From NCBI GenBank assembly GCA_964291675.2, contig OZ219866.1:64001-128000 (forward strand): a stretch of 64,000 bases of DNA, in the 5' to 3' direction. Under the pieces are notes generated by a model that saw only the letters and a program-made list of their open reading frames with translations, searched no databases and was not told the DNA's origin. Positions 9,930-17,954 of this stretch are shown piece after piece. The position numbers and the translations under genes are program-made. Source of the DNA: Alphaproteobacteria bacterium. GTDB taxonomy: Bacteria; Pseudomonadota; Alphaproteobacteria; MPNO01. Each line of letters begins with the position of its first letter. Position 1 is the stretch's first letter.

Positions 9930-10385
9930 ATGATCCGTTTCGTCCAGGGCGACCTCTTCGCCTCCGGCTGCGAGGCCCTCGTCAATCCCGTCAACTGCGT
10001 CGGCGTGATGGGCAGGGGTCTCGCCCTCCAATTCAAGCGCCGCTTCCCGGCCAACTTCGAGGCCTACCGCGACGCCTGCGCGCGCCGCGAGGTCCGGCCC
10101 GGGCGCTGCTTCGTCTTCGACGCCGGCGCCGGGCGCCCGCACTTCGTCGTCAACTTCCCGACCAAGCGGCACTGGCGCGACCGCAGCCGCATCGAGGACA
10201 TCGCCGCCGGTCTCGACGACCTGGCCGGCATCCTCGATCGCCGCGCCATCCGCTCCGTCGCGGTCCCGCCGCTCGGATGCGGCCTGGGCGGCCTGCCCTG
10301 GCCCGAGGTCCGCTCCCTGCTGCTCGACCGCCTCGCGCCCTCCGAAGGCGTCTCCATCGTCATCCACGAACCCGTCCGCCGGTAG
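9930..10385 (+). CDS. Stand-alone macrodomain, DarG/TARG1-like ADP-ribose glycohydrolase
   Basis: GDLF, LVNPVNCVGVMGRGLALQFK, NFPTKRHWR (DarG-type lysine) and PPLGCGLGGLPW. Confidence 0.9.
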   Translation: MIRFVQGDLFASGCEALVNPVNCVGVMGRGLALQFKRRFPANFEAYRDACARREVRPGRCFVFDAGAGRPHFVVNFPTKRHWRDRSRIEDIAAGLDDLAGILDRRAIRSVAVPPLGCGLGGLPWPEVRSLLLDRLAPSEGVSIVIHEPVRR

Positions 10386-10514
10386 CCGGTCCCGGCCGCG
10401 CCCGCGCTTCGCGCGAGCCGCTCGCCGGCCCCGCTGGAGTGGAGGTGCGCTTTCGCGCGGGCGTCGCGCGGCAGGCCCGAGGGAGGCCGCCGCCCATGGA
10501 CGGAGGATGACGGC

Positions 10515-11066
10515 ATGCGTATCTACAACCGCGACGAGGTCTGCCCGTTTCGCTTCACCCGCGAGGCCTGGGGCGAGTTCAGCAACTTCGCGCCGCTGGC
10601 GGCGCCGATCGCCGCCGGCCCGTGGACGTTCACCACGTCCGAGGCCCTGTACCAGGCGGCGAAATTCGGCGCCGCGCCGGACGTGCAGCGGCGCATCGCC
10701 TGCGCGCCTACTGCGCGCGAGGCGGCCGCCATCGGGCGCGGCACGGCGGCGGGCATGAACCCAGACTGGAACGCGCAGCGCGTGAACGCGATGCGCTGGG
10801 TGCTGCGCATGAAGCGCGAGGCCAATGCCGCCGCGATCGACGCCGCGCTGGCGCGCAGCGGCGATTGCGCGATCGTCGAGGTCTCGACCCGCGACGCCTG
10901 GTGGGGCGCGAAGCCCGCGGGCGACAGCTACCGCGGCGAGAACGTGCTGGGCCGGCTCTGGATGGAGCTGCGCCAGCAGCTCCGCGACGGCGATCCCGCT
11001 TCGCGGGCAGCCGCCTGGGTCGGCCGGATCGAGGTCGGGCGGCTTGCCGATCCGCCCTGCGCCTGA
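10515..11066 (+). CDS. NADAR family protein
   Basis: FSNF, TSEALYQAAKF, DWNAQRVNAM, IVEVSTRDAWWG, GENVLGRLWMELR. Confidence 0.9.
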   Translation: MRIYNRDEVCPFRFTREAWGEFSNFAPLAAPIAAGPWTFTTSEALYQAAKFGAAPDVQRRIACAPTAREAAAIGRGTAAGMNPDWNAQRVNAMRWVLRMKREANAAAIDAALARSGDCAIVEVSTRDAWWGAKPAGDSYRGENVLGRLWMELRQQLRDGDPASRAAAWVGRIEVGRLADPPCA

Positions 11067-11192
11067 CCGGCGCACGGCTGCCGGCCCGGCCCCGCACCCG
11101 CGGTTCGCTCGGGGCGCTCGCGCCACCGCTCCGCCAGGAGGCGGAGCCTGCCCGGTATCGGGCGTCCCGCATGTCCCGGAGGGAAGTCTCGC

Positions 11193-12230
11193 ATGCAGCA
11201 CCAACCGTCTCCCGCCGCCGCTATCGCAGCGGCGCTCGCCGCGCGCGCCGAGGAGGTCTGCCGGCACTATCTGCCCAACGGCCGCAGGCTCGGCCGCTAC
11301 TGGATCTGCGGCGACCTGGATGGCGCTCGCGGCCGCTCGCTCTTCGTTCGCCTCTCCGGCTCCGGCAAGCCGGGGAAGTGGACCGATGCAGCCGATGGAT
11401 CGCATGGCGACCTGCTCGACCTGATCCGCCACCGCATCAACGCGCCCACGCTGCGCGCGGCGCTCGACGAGGCGCGGCGCTTCCTCGCCTTGCCGGTTTC
11501 ACCGGCGTCGGCGCCGGACGTGCCTTACGACGCCACCGAGGCGGCACGCCGCCTGTGGCGGCGCTGCCGCGCGGTCGACGGCAGCCATGCCGAGCGCTAT
11601 TTGCACGCGCGCGGTTTGTCGCGCTGCCGCTTCGCGGCCCTGCGCTTCCATCCCGAGCTTCGCTACCGCGAAGGCGCGACGGTGCGCCGCTTCCCGGCGC
11701 TGGTCGCCGCCGTCACCGGCGACGACGGCCGGATTTTCGGCGTGCAACGCACCTGGCTCGATCCCCGCTCGCCCGCCAAGGCAGGCGTCGCGGCGCCTCG
11801 CAAGGCGCTTGGCCGCATCTACGGCCTCGCGGTGCGCTTCGGCGTGCCCTCCGACGATGCTGCGCTCGTCGTCGGGGAGGGCATCGAGACGGTGCTGTCG
11901 CTGGTCACCGCCGTACCGGAGATCACCGCTGCTGCCGCGCTCTCCGCCGGGAGCCTCGGCGCGTTCGCGCCTCCCCCCGGCACAGCCCGGCTGGTGATCG
12001 CAAGGGACAACGACGAGGACGGCGCGCTCGCGGCCGAGCGCCTCACCCGGCGCTGCGCGCGGGCGGGCGTCGCCTCCACGGTGATCGTGCCTGCCGGCAA
12101 CGACTTCAACGACGACCTGATCGAGTTCGGCGCGGCGGCGCTACGCGCCCGCTTCGCGCCGCTGTTCCGCCCGGCGGCCTGCGCCCTGGCAGAGCGCGAC
12201 GCACGGCAGGCCGAGGGGAGCGCGTCATGA
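11193..12230 (+). CDS. Toprim-domain primase-like protein (DUF7146/Toprim_3 type)
   Basis: YLPNGRR.G.YW.CGD, GKWTDAA..HGDLLDL, GVQRTWLD, VGEGIET, ARDND, NDFNDDL. Confidence 0.85.
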   Translation: MQHQPSPAAAIAAALAARAEEVCRHYLPNGRRLGRYWICGDLDGARGRSLFVRLSGSGKPGKWTDAADGSHGDLLDLIRHRINAPTLRAALDEARRFLALPVSPASAPDVPYDATEAARRLWRRCRAVDGSHAERYLHARGLSRCRFAALRFHPELRYREGATVRRFPALVAAVTGDDGRIFGVQRTWLDPRSPAKAGVAAPRKALGRIYGLAVRFGVPSDDAALVVGEGIETVLSLVTAVPEITAAAALSAGSLGAFAPPPGTARLVIARDNDEDGALAAERLTRRCARAGVASTVIVPAGNDFNDDLIEFGAAALRARFAPLFRPAACALAERDARQAEGSAS

Positions 12231-12454
12231 GCGGCGTCGCCTTCCGCCGCATCGCTCCGGACGAGTCTCGCATCGTCCTCGACGGCGACCATGTCGGCGA
12301 CGTCTATGCGCTCGACGATCCGCTCCGGGAGGGCGCACGGTATTTCGTGGTGCATCTCGACGAAGACCCGCGCGGTCCGTGCCGCGTGCATGACCGCAGC
12401 CGCATCCGCGAGGTAACCGAGCGACGGATCCTCTCGCATCCGCTCTGGGGTTGA
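12227..12454 (+). CDS. Small hypothetical protein (75 aa), coupled to the Toprim gene
   Basis: ATGA overlap with the upstream stop; GGGGAG RBS. Confidence 0.65.
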   Translation: MSGVAFRRIAPDESRIVLDGDHVGDVYALDDPLREGARYFVVHLDEDPRGPCRVHDRSRIREVTERRILSHPLWG

Positions 12455-12536
12455 CCGGTCATGCCCGCCGGTCCGGAGACTCGTTCCGGAGGCCGTGCCA
12501 GGCCGAACCGCCGATGGGGTCGGTGCGGGTGGAGAG

Positions 12537-12800
12537 GAATTGGCCTCCGACGTGCTGTCCCATTGTGTCACGCGTGCTCGGGCCAGCAACCCTCCGGGTC
12601 CTCCGGTCGCAAGCTCCCTGCGGCCTGGCCCAAGAAGCTCTAGGGCGGGCCGTGAAAGTCGCCGACCGTGAAGATCGCGGAGCGATCTTCCGCACCAAGA
12701 TCGGCGACTTTCCGCACCAACCCCGCCCAAGAGCTTCTAAGGCCAGGTGCTTGCCCTGTGCGCGCGTGCCCCAACAGGACATCACATCGGGGATCGGCCC
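12537..12800. promoter_or_regulatory. Large imperfect stem-loop; candidate single-strand (Frpo/ssi-like) promoter
   Basis: Nested inverted repeats CCTGGCC/GGCCAGG, AGAAGCTCT/AGAGCTTCT, GGGCGGG/CCCGCCC, GAAAGTCGCCGA/TCGGCGACTTTC, GAAGATCGC/GCGATCTTC, just upstream of ATG 12831. Promoter role is inferred. Confidence 0.6.
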
Positions 12801-12830
12801 CGGTCGTGAAACCGATCAAGGGAGATCGAC

Positions 12831-13757
12831 ATGACCTTCGATATCGACACCATCGAGACTGGCGGGCAGTCCGCCACCGCAACCGTCTGCGAACAGGCCG
12901 AGCTTTTCGGCGCCACCCCCGAGCGCGACGAGTTCGACAGCCGCGACGTCTGGGACCGCGACGACGCCACCGACGCGGTGAGCGAGGCGTTCCGCATCCT
13001 GGCCCAGGGCGTCGCGCCGGACGGGTTCCAGCTCGCCGACGAGCGCGAGAGCCTGCTGTGGGGCTTCGTCAACATGCTCGACGCACAGACCCAGCGCCTC
13101 GACCGCGCCGCCGACAGGCTGCTGCCCGAGATCCGCGACCTCCAGCGCGCCCAGGACGGCACCGAGATCAAGTCGCGCGAGCTGGAACTGACCACCGCGC
13201 GGGCGCAGAACCTCGGTGACCGCCGCGACGCTTTCGAGATCATGCGCGACGAGGCCGCCGATGCCTACCGCGTCGAGACCGGCAGCGTCTGGCGACCCCG
13301 GCGCGGATCGCACACGAGCCAGACCGGCAAGCTGACCTCCGCCGCCATCGACGCCCGCGACTACATGCGCGCGAGGAAGGACCGCGAGACGACGGCCCAC
13401 CTGCCCGAGGGAACCCTGATCGCCATCGCGGGCGGCAAGGACGTGCAGGACCCGGCTGCGGTCATCGCCCGGCTCGACAAGGCTCGCGAGAAGTACGCCG
13501 ACATGGTGCTGGTCCACGGCGGCGGCCCCGGCGTCGAGAAGGTCGCCGCAAGCTGGGCCGAGCGCAACGGCGTCCACCAGGTCGTCTGCAAGCCCGACTG
13601 GGACCGGCACGGCCGCGCTGCCCCGTTCCGCCGCAACGACGAGCTGCTCAACCTCCTGCCGAAGGGCGTCATCGCGTTCCCCGGCAGCGGCATCACCGAG
13701 AACCTCATCGACAAGGCCCGGCATCTCGGCATCCCGGTCCAGCGCATCGCGGCCTGA
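12831..13757 (+). CDS. DUF2493 (YspA-like SLOG) domain protein, copy 1
   Basis: Helical N-terminus plus IAIAGG, LVHGGGPGVEKVAASWA, AAPFRRND, VIAFPGSGIT. Confidence 0.85.
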   Translation: MTFDIDTIETGGQSATATVCEQAELFGATPERDEFDSRDVWDRDDATDAVSEAFRILAQGVAPDGFQLADERESLLWGFVNMLDAQTQRLDRAADRLLPEIRDLQRAQDGTEIKSRELELTTARAQNLGDRRDAFEIMRDEAADAYRVETGSVWRPRRGSHTSQTGKLTSAAIDARDYMRARKDRETTAHLPEGTLIAIAGGKDVQDPAAVIARLDKAREKYADMVLVHGGGPGVEKVAASWAERNGVHQVVCKPDWDRHGRAAPFRRNDELLNLLPKGVIAFPGSGITENLIDKARHLGIPVQRIAA

Positions 13758-14111
13758 CCGCAGCGCCTCGCGGGCCGCGTCGTCATCCCCGGCAGCGGGC
13801 GGTGGCGGCGCGGCCCGTTTCCGCGTGCGCACATCGGTGGCGCCGCACCGCCCTCCTCGCGCGCGCTTCGCGCGGCGCTCGTCGCGATCCTCGCCACGCT
13901 CGCCCTGGCCGGCTGCGCCGGCTGCGGGCATCGCGTCGGCTTCGTCCCGATGCGGCGTCTCACCGCCGCCCCGGCGGTCTCCGCACCATGCTGCGCATGG
14001 ATGCGTCGCCGCCGGCGTCGATACCCGGCGCCTTGGCGCCGGGTCCCGCGCCCGTGGAGGAAGAGCGGAGCGAGGGGTCGGGCAAGCCGACCGGGAGAGA
14101 GGAGGGAGGAG

Positions 14112-14447
14112 ATGCGCGCGATCTTGAACCTGCGGAACGAGCCCAGGCTGCGCGATGAATTCCAGTATGCGCACGTCGTCAACAGCACCGTGCTGATCGA
14201 CCGCCGCACCAGGTGGGCCAATCCGTTCAGGATCGGCGAGGACGGTTCGAGGGATGAAGTGATCGCTCGCTATCGCGCCCATCTGTGGCACCTCATCCAG
14301 GCGGGCGAGGTCTCGCTGGAGGAGCTCGCCGAGCTCGACGGGTGCTGGCTGGCCTGCTGGTGCGAGCCGTTGCCCTGTCATGGGGACGTGCTGGCCAAGG
14401 CGGCGGCATGGGCGGCTGGAGTGCTGGCAGAGCGGAAAGCTGCGTGA
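14112..14447 (+). CDS. DUF4326 domain protein
   Basis: IDRRTRWANPF, LACWCEPLPCHGDVL; GGAGG RBS. Confidence 0.85.
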   Translation: MRAILNLRNEPRLRDEFQYAHVVNSTVLIDRRTRWANPFRIGEDGSRDEVIARYRAHLWHLIQAGEVSLEELAELDGCWLACWCEPLPCHGDVLAKAAAWAAGVLAERKAA

Positions 14448-14855
14448 TGGGTTCTCTCGACAACATCGGATTGGTTTGGGCGTCCGCCCGGCCAAGAGGC
14501 CGGTCGCCGGGCTCTATTCCGCCGGGCGCGGCAGGCCGCGCCCGGCTCCACGAAGCCCGCTGCGCGGTCTTCGCCCTTCGGGTGACGATCCCTGACGCGG
14601 GGCCGTCGCTTCGCGACGTCCGGCGGTCGCCGCCCTGGTGGGCGGCGGCGTTGTTGCGTTTCCTCCCAGACCGGTCTGGGCGGCGCGCCATTCCAGGTCC
14701 GCAGCGGCGGCCCGCAACCCGCTTCGCGGGTCCTTCACTTCGTTGCGGCCCTTCGGGTGCAGGCCGCCTCGATCTGCGGACCTTCCAGGCTTGACTCGCC
14801 GCCCACCCCGCTCCGGGGGAAACGCGGTGTTTTTTTGGAGAGAGAGGAACTGACA

Positions 14856-15878
14856 ATGACCTACAACAACACCGACACCGCGATGGCCGAAGCCTTCGCA
14901 GCAGCCGGCATCCACAGCGGGTTTGACGCCAGCACCGTCGAGACTGCCACCGACCACGGCGACGACCAGCGCGAGCCCGAGCACGCCGCATCGGCAACCG
15001 CCATGGCCTGCGAAGCCGCCGCCCTCTACGGCGCGACCCCCGGACGCGACGAGTTCGACAGCCGCGACGTATGGGACCGCGACGACGCGCTGGACGCCGT
15101 GTCCGAAGCCTTCCGCATCATGGCGCAGGGCATCGCGCCGGACGGCTTCCAGCTTGCCGACGAGCGGGAGAGCCTGTTGTGGGGATTCGTCAACATGATG
15201 GACGCCCAGACACAGCGCCTCGACCGAGCCGCCGACAAGCTGCTGCCCGACCTTCGCGACCTGCAACGCGCGCAGGACGGAACCGAGATCAAGTCGCGCG
15301 AGCTGGAGCTGACCACCGCCCGCGCGCAGAACCTCACCGACCGGCGCGACGCCTTCGAGATCATGCGCGACACCGCCGCCGACGCCTACCGCGCCGAGAC
15401 CGGCAGCGTCTGGCGGCCCCGGCGCGGCTCGCACACCAGCCAGACCGGCAAGCTCACTTCGGCAGCCATCGACGCCCGCGACTTCATGCGCGCCCGCAAG
15501 GACCGCGAGACCATGGCGCACCTGCCGCAGGGAACGCTTGTCGCCATCGCCGGAGGCAAGGACGTTGCCGACCCCGCCGCCGTCATTGCCCGGCTCGACA
15601 AGACCCGCGAGAAATACGCCGACATGGTGCTCGTGCATGGCGGCGGCCCCGGCGTCGAGAAGATCGCGGCGCGCTGGGCCGAGCGCAACGGCATCCAGCA
15701 AATCGTCTGCAAGCCGGATTGGGACAAGCACGGACGCGCCGCACCCTTCCGCCGCAACGACGACTTGCTCAATCTCCTGCCGAAGGGCGTCATCGCCTTC
15801 CCCGGTTCGGGCATCACCGAGAACCTTGTCGACAAGGCGCGGCAGCTTGGCATCCCGGTTCAGCGCATCGCGGCATAG
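14856..15878 (+). CDS. DUF2493 (YspA-like SLOG) domain protein, copy 2
   Basis: Near-identical protein to 12831-13757 with a longer N-terminus; GAGG RBS. Confidence 0.85.
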   Translation: MTYNNTDTAMAEAFAAAGIHSGFDASTVETATDHGDDQREPEHAASATAMACEAAALYGATPGRDEFDSRDVWDRDDALDAVSEAFRIMAQGIAPDGFQLADERESLLWGFVNMMDAQTQRLDRAADKLLPDLRDLQRAQDGTEIKSRELELTTARAQNLTDRRDAFEIMRDTAADAYRAETGSVWRPRRGSHTSQTGKLTSAAIDARDFMRARKDRETMAHLPQGTLVAIAGGKDVADPAAVIARLDKTREKYADMVLVHGGGPGVEKIAARWAERNGIQQIVCKPDWDKHGRAAPFRRNDDLLNLLPKGVIAFPGSGITENLVDKARQLGIPVQRIAA

Positions 15879-16179
15879 CCCGCAGCGTCCCCGAGCGGGC
15901 CGCGTTGCTCCGGCAGCGCGGCCCGTTTGCATTTGTGCATCGCTCGCCGATCGCCGTTGCGTTCGGCTTCCGCGTCACGCCCCGTTGCACCATGCTCCGC
16001 ATGAGTGCATCGACGGCTGCGCCGCTTCGCGCGCAGACCGCTCCGCAGTGCCTCGCGCACTTCGCGCCGCAGTGCCCGCCGCTCACTCGCCGCTGCGGCT
16101 CCGATCCGCCGGGTTCCCCGGCGTCGATCTCCCGATCTCCCGTTCAGCGCCAATCAGGCTTCCGACCCGCCGGGGCGGG

Positions 16180-16435
16180 CTTCGGGGTCACACCCGACGC
16201 AGCAGGCTGCGGGCTGCGGCATGCGTGCGCTGCCGTAGCCTGACGTGCGCTGCTGTCAGCTACCGGCGCCTGTGAGCGCCTGACTGTTGTTGGATCGAGC
16301 GTGTATCGGTGCGACACACGCGGATTGTCATGCCTCAGGTGTCGTCAGGCGCCGCCAGTCGCGACCGATACACGGATCGGCATACGCTCAAGCACCGGAA
16401 AAACACCGACCGATACACGGACCGGCACACGCATA
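16180..16435 (-). other. oriT with MOB_F-type nic site (predicted cut between 16190 and 16189)
   Basis: Minus strand CGCAGC-CT-GCTGCG-TCGGGTGT^GA versus F nic TGCGTGGGGTGT^GG (12/13 match, with preceding IR); repeats of ACCGATACAC at 16301-16310 (inverted), 16364 and 16409. Confidence 0.75.
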
Positions 16436-16654
16436 TCGCGCCGTAGCGGGCAGGCCCGACTTCCACGAGTGCCCTCACACTTGACCGAATACCCGATCGC
16501 GCCGCATGCGCGGACGCGCCGACCGGTTCCGAGTCGCCACGCCACTTTGGACGATTTTTCCCGCCGACGGTATATACCGAAGTACCGACGGTCGCCGCCG
16601 GTACCGTCTGCCTTCCGCGCAGACGTTCCGCCAACCGCTGTCGGGAGAAAACCC

Positions 16655-16948
16655 ATGCGCAAATCCCCCTTCGAGGAACTGGTCGAGGCAGCCTTCAGTC
16701 GGATGCCCGCCGTCCACACCGAGGATGTCACGCACGACGTGTTCGACACGATTGAGAACGATCCGGCCCTGCTTCGTGAATACAAGGCGCTTCTCGAACG
16801 CTTCCACACGCCGAGGCTGTCGGGCCGCGCCAATGTCAACCAGAGCATCACCTACTGGGTGATGAAGAAAACCGGCCGATCCACGCTCTCGAAGCGCCAT
16901 CCGAGCCCCCGAAGCACGCTCATCCAGACCTATTCAAAGCTCGGCTAA
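16655..16948 (+). CDS. Hypothetical protein (97 aa) beside oriT
   Basis: GGGAG RBS; non-repetitive globular-looking sequence. Confidence 0.55.
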   Translation: MRKSPFEELVEAAFSRMPAVHTEDVTHDVFDTIENDPALLREYKALLERFHTPRLSGRANVNQSITYWVMKKTGRSTLSKRHPSPRSTLIQTYSKLG

Positions 16949-17071
16949 GGTCTGCGGGCAGGCTTCGCACACGATTGTCCGGCGGCCCCGGAGGGCCGCC
17001 GGCGCTCGTGCGGCCGGCACGAATTTTCCGGTTGCGGCGCCGGAATGCGCCCCGACCGCAGCCGGTCGCGC

Positions 17072-17455
17072 TCAATCCGAGGAGTCCCGGCTCAGCGATT
17101 CCTGGAAGGCGCGGGCCTCGGCGACCAGCCTGTCGAGCTCCTCCCCGCGCCCCTCATGGAGCATCGCGTCGCGCCGTTCGGTCGCCAGGAACCAGGTGTA
17201 GCGGAACATCCGCTCGATCAGCGGCGCCATCGAGGGCTTCACCGGAGTCGGATCCGCGTTCGCCGGAGCCCGCGCGAGCGCGAGCATCTTCTCGCGGACG
17301 AACTCGGCGGCGGGCATTTCGTGGGCCGCCGCCGCGTTCTTGACCTCTTCCCACTCCGATTCCGAGAAGCGGATGCCCCGGGTCTTGCGGGCATCGCCCG
17401 CCTTTTCCGCGCCGGTCTCGCCGCCCGCAGCTTCGCTTCGCTCGTTTTCGCTCAT
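17072..17455 (-). CDS. Ribbon-helix-helix protein; probable relaxosome accessory (MobC-like)
   Basis: RGIRFSESEWEEVKNAA..EMPAAEFVR RHH pattern; lies between relaxase and oriT. Confidence 0.7.
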   Translation of the reverse strand: MSENERSEAAGGETGAEKAGDARKTRGIRFSESEWEEVKNAAAAHEMPAAEFVREKMLALARAPANADPTPVKPSMAPLIERMFRYTWFLATERRDAMLHEGRGEELDRLVAEARAFQESLSRDSSD

Positions 17456-17467
17456 CGTCCCGGCTTC

Positions 17468-17944
17468 CTAAAAGAACTGCTCCCCGAGCTTGCGCTCACG
17501 GTTCGGGGCCTTCCCCACGATTTCGAAGCGGTGGCAAGCAGCGCGGAACGAGTGCGGCGTCTTGCTTTCGCCGAAGCCGTAGACCGCAAGCCCGCCCTCG
17601 CGCAGCCGCTGGGCGAGACGGGTGAAGTCGCTGTCGCTCGACACCAGCGCGATTCCATCGAGCCCATGGCCGAGCATCAGGTCCATCGCGTCGACCGCGA
17701 GCGCGATATCGGCCGCGTTCTTGCCCCGCACATGCGCCGGCTGGTGGCACGGCACGATCGAATGCTCGCGGATCGCGGCGTTCCAGCACCCGAGCCTGCC
17801 GTTCGCGAAGTCGCCGTAGATGCGCCGCACCATCGCCTCGCCGAGCCCGCCGACGGTCTCGAACACCGCCCGCGCGTGGCGCGGACTTGCGTTTTCGCCG
17901 TCGATGAGAACCGCAAGACGTGTGCATCCGGCCCGTTCAGGCAC
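17468..17944 (-). CDS. NYN (LabA/DUF88, PIN-like) domain protein
   Basis: VLIDGEN, RRIYGD, GKNAADIALAVDAMD, LVSSDSDF; likely GTG start after GAGGA. Confidence 0.85.
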   Translation of the reverse strand: MPERAGCTRLAVLIDGENASPRHARAVFETVGGLGEAMVRRIYGDFANGRLGCWNAAIREHSIVPCHQPAHVRGKNAADIALAVDAMDLMLGHGLDGIALVSSDSDFTRLAQRLREGGLAVYGFGESKTPHSFRAACHRFEIVGKAPNRERKLGEQFF

Positions 17945-17954
17945 GCCGTTGTCC

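Noticed and set aside
9930-11066. Complete DarTG toxin-antitoxin system
   Set aside because: No DarT/ART gene is recognisable, and the macrodomain lacks the DarG C-terminal domain.
12831-15878. Assembly duplication or DGR template/variable repeat pair
   Set aside because: The copies differ mostly at synonymous sites, not specifically at adenines, and no reverse transcriptase is present.
16299-16330. R388-like nic on + strand (IR followed by GGATTGTC)
   Set aside because: Weaker match, and it would send tra genes first; the minus-strand F-like site fits gene orientation. Kept only as an alternative.
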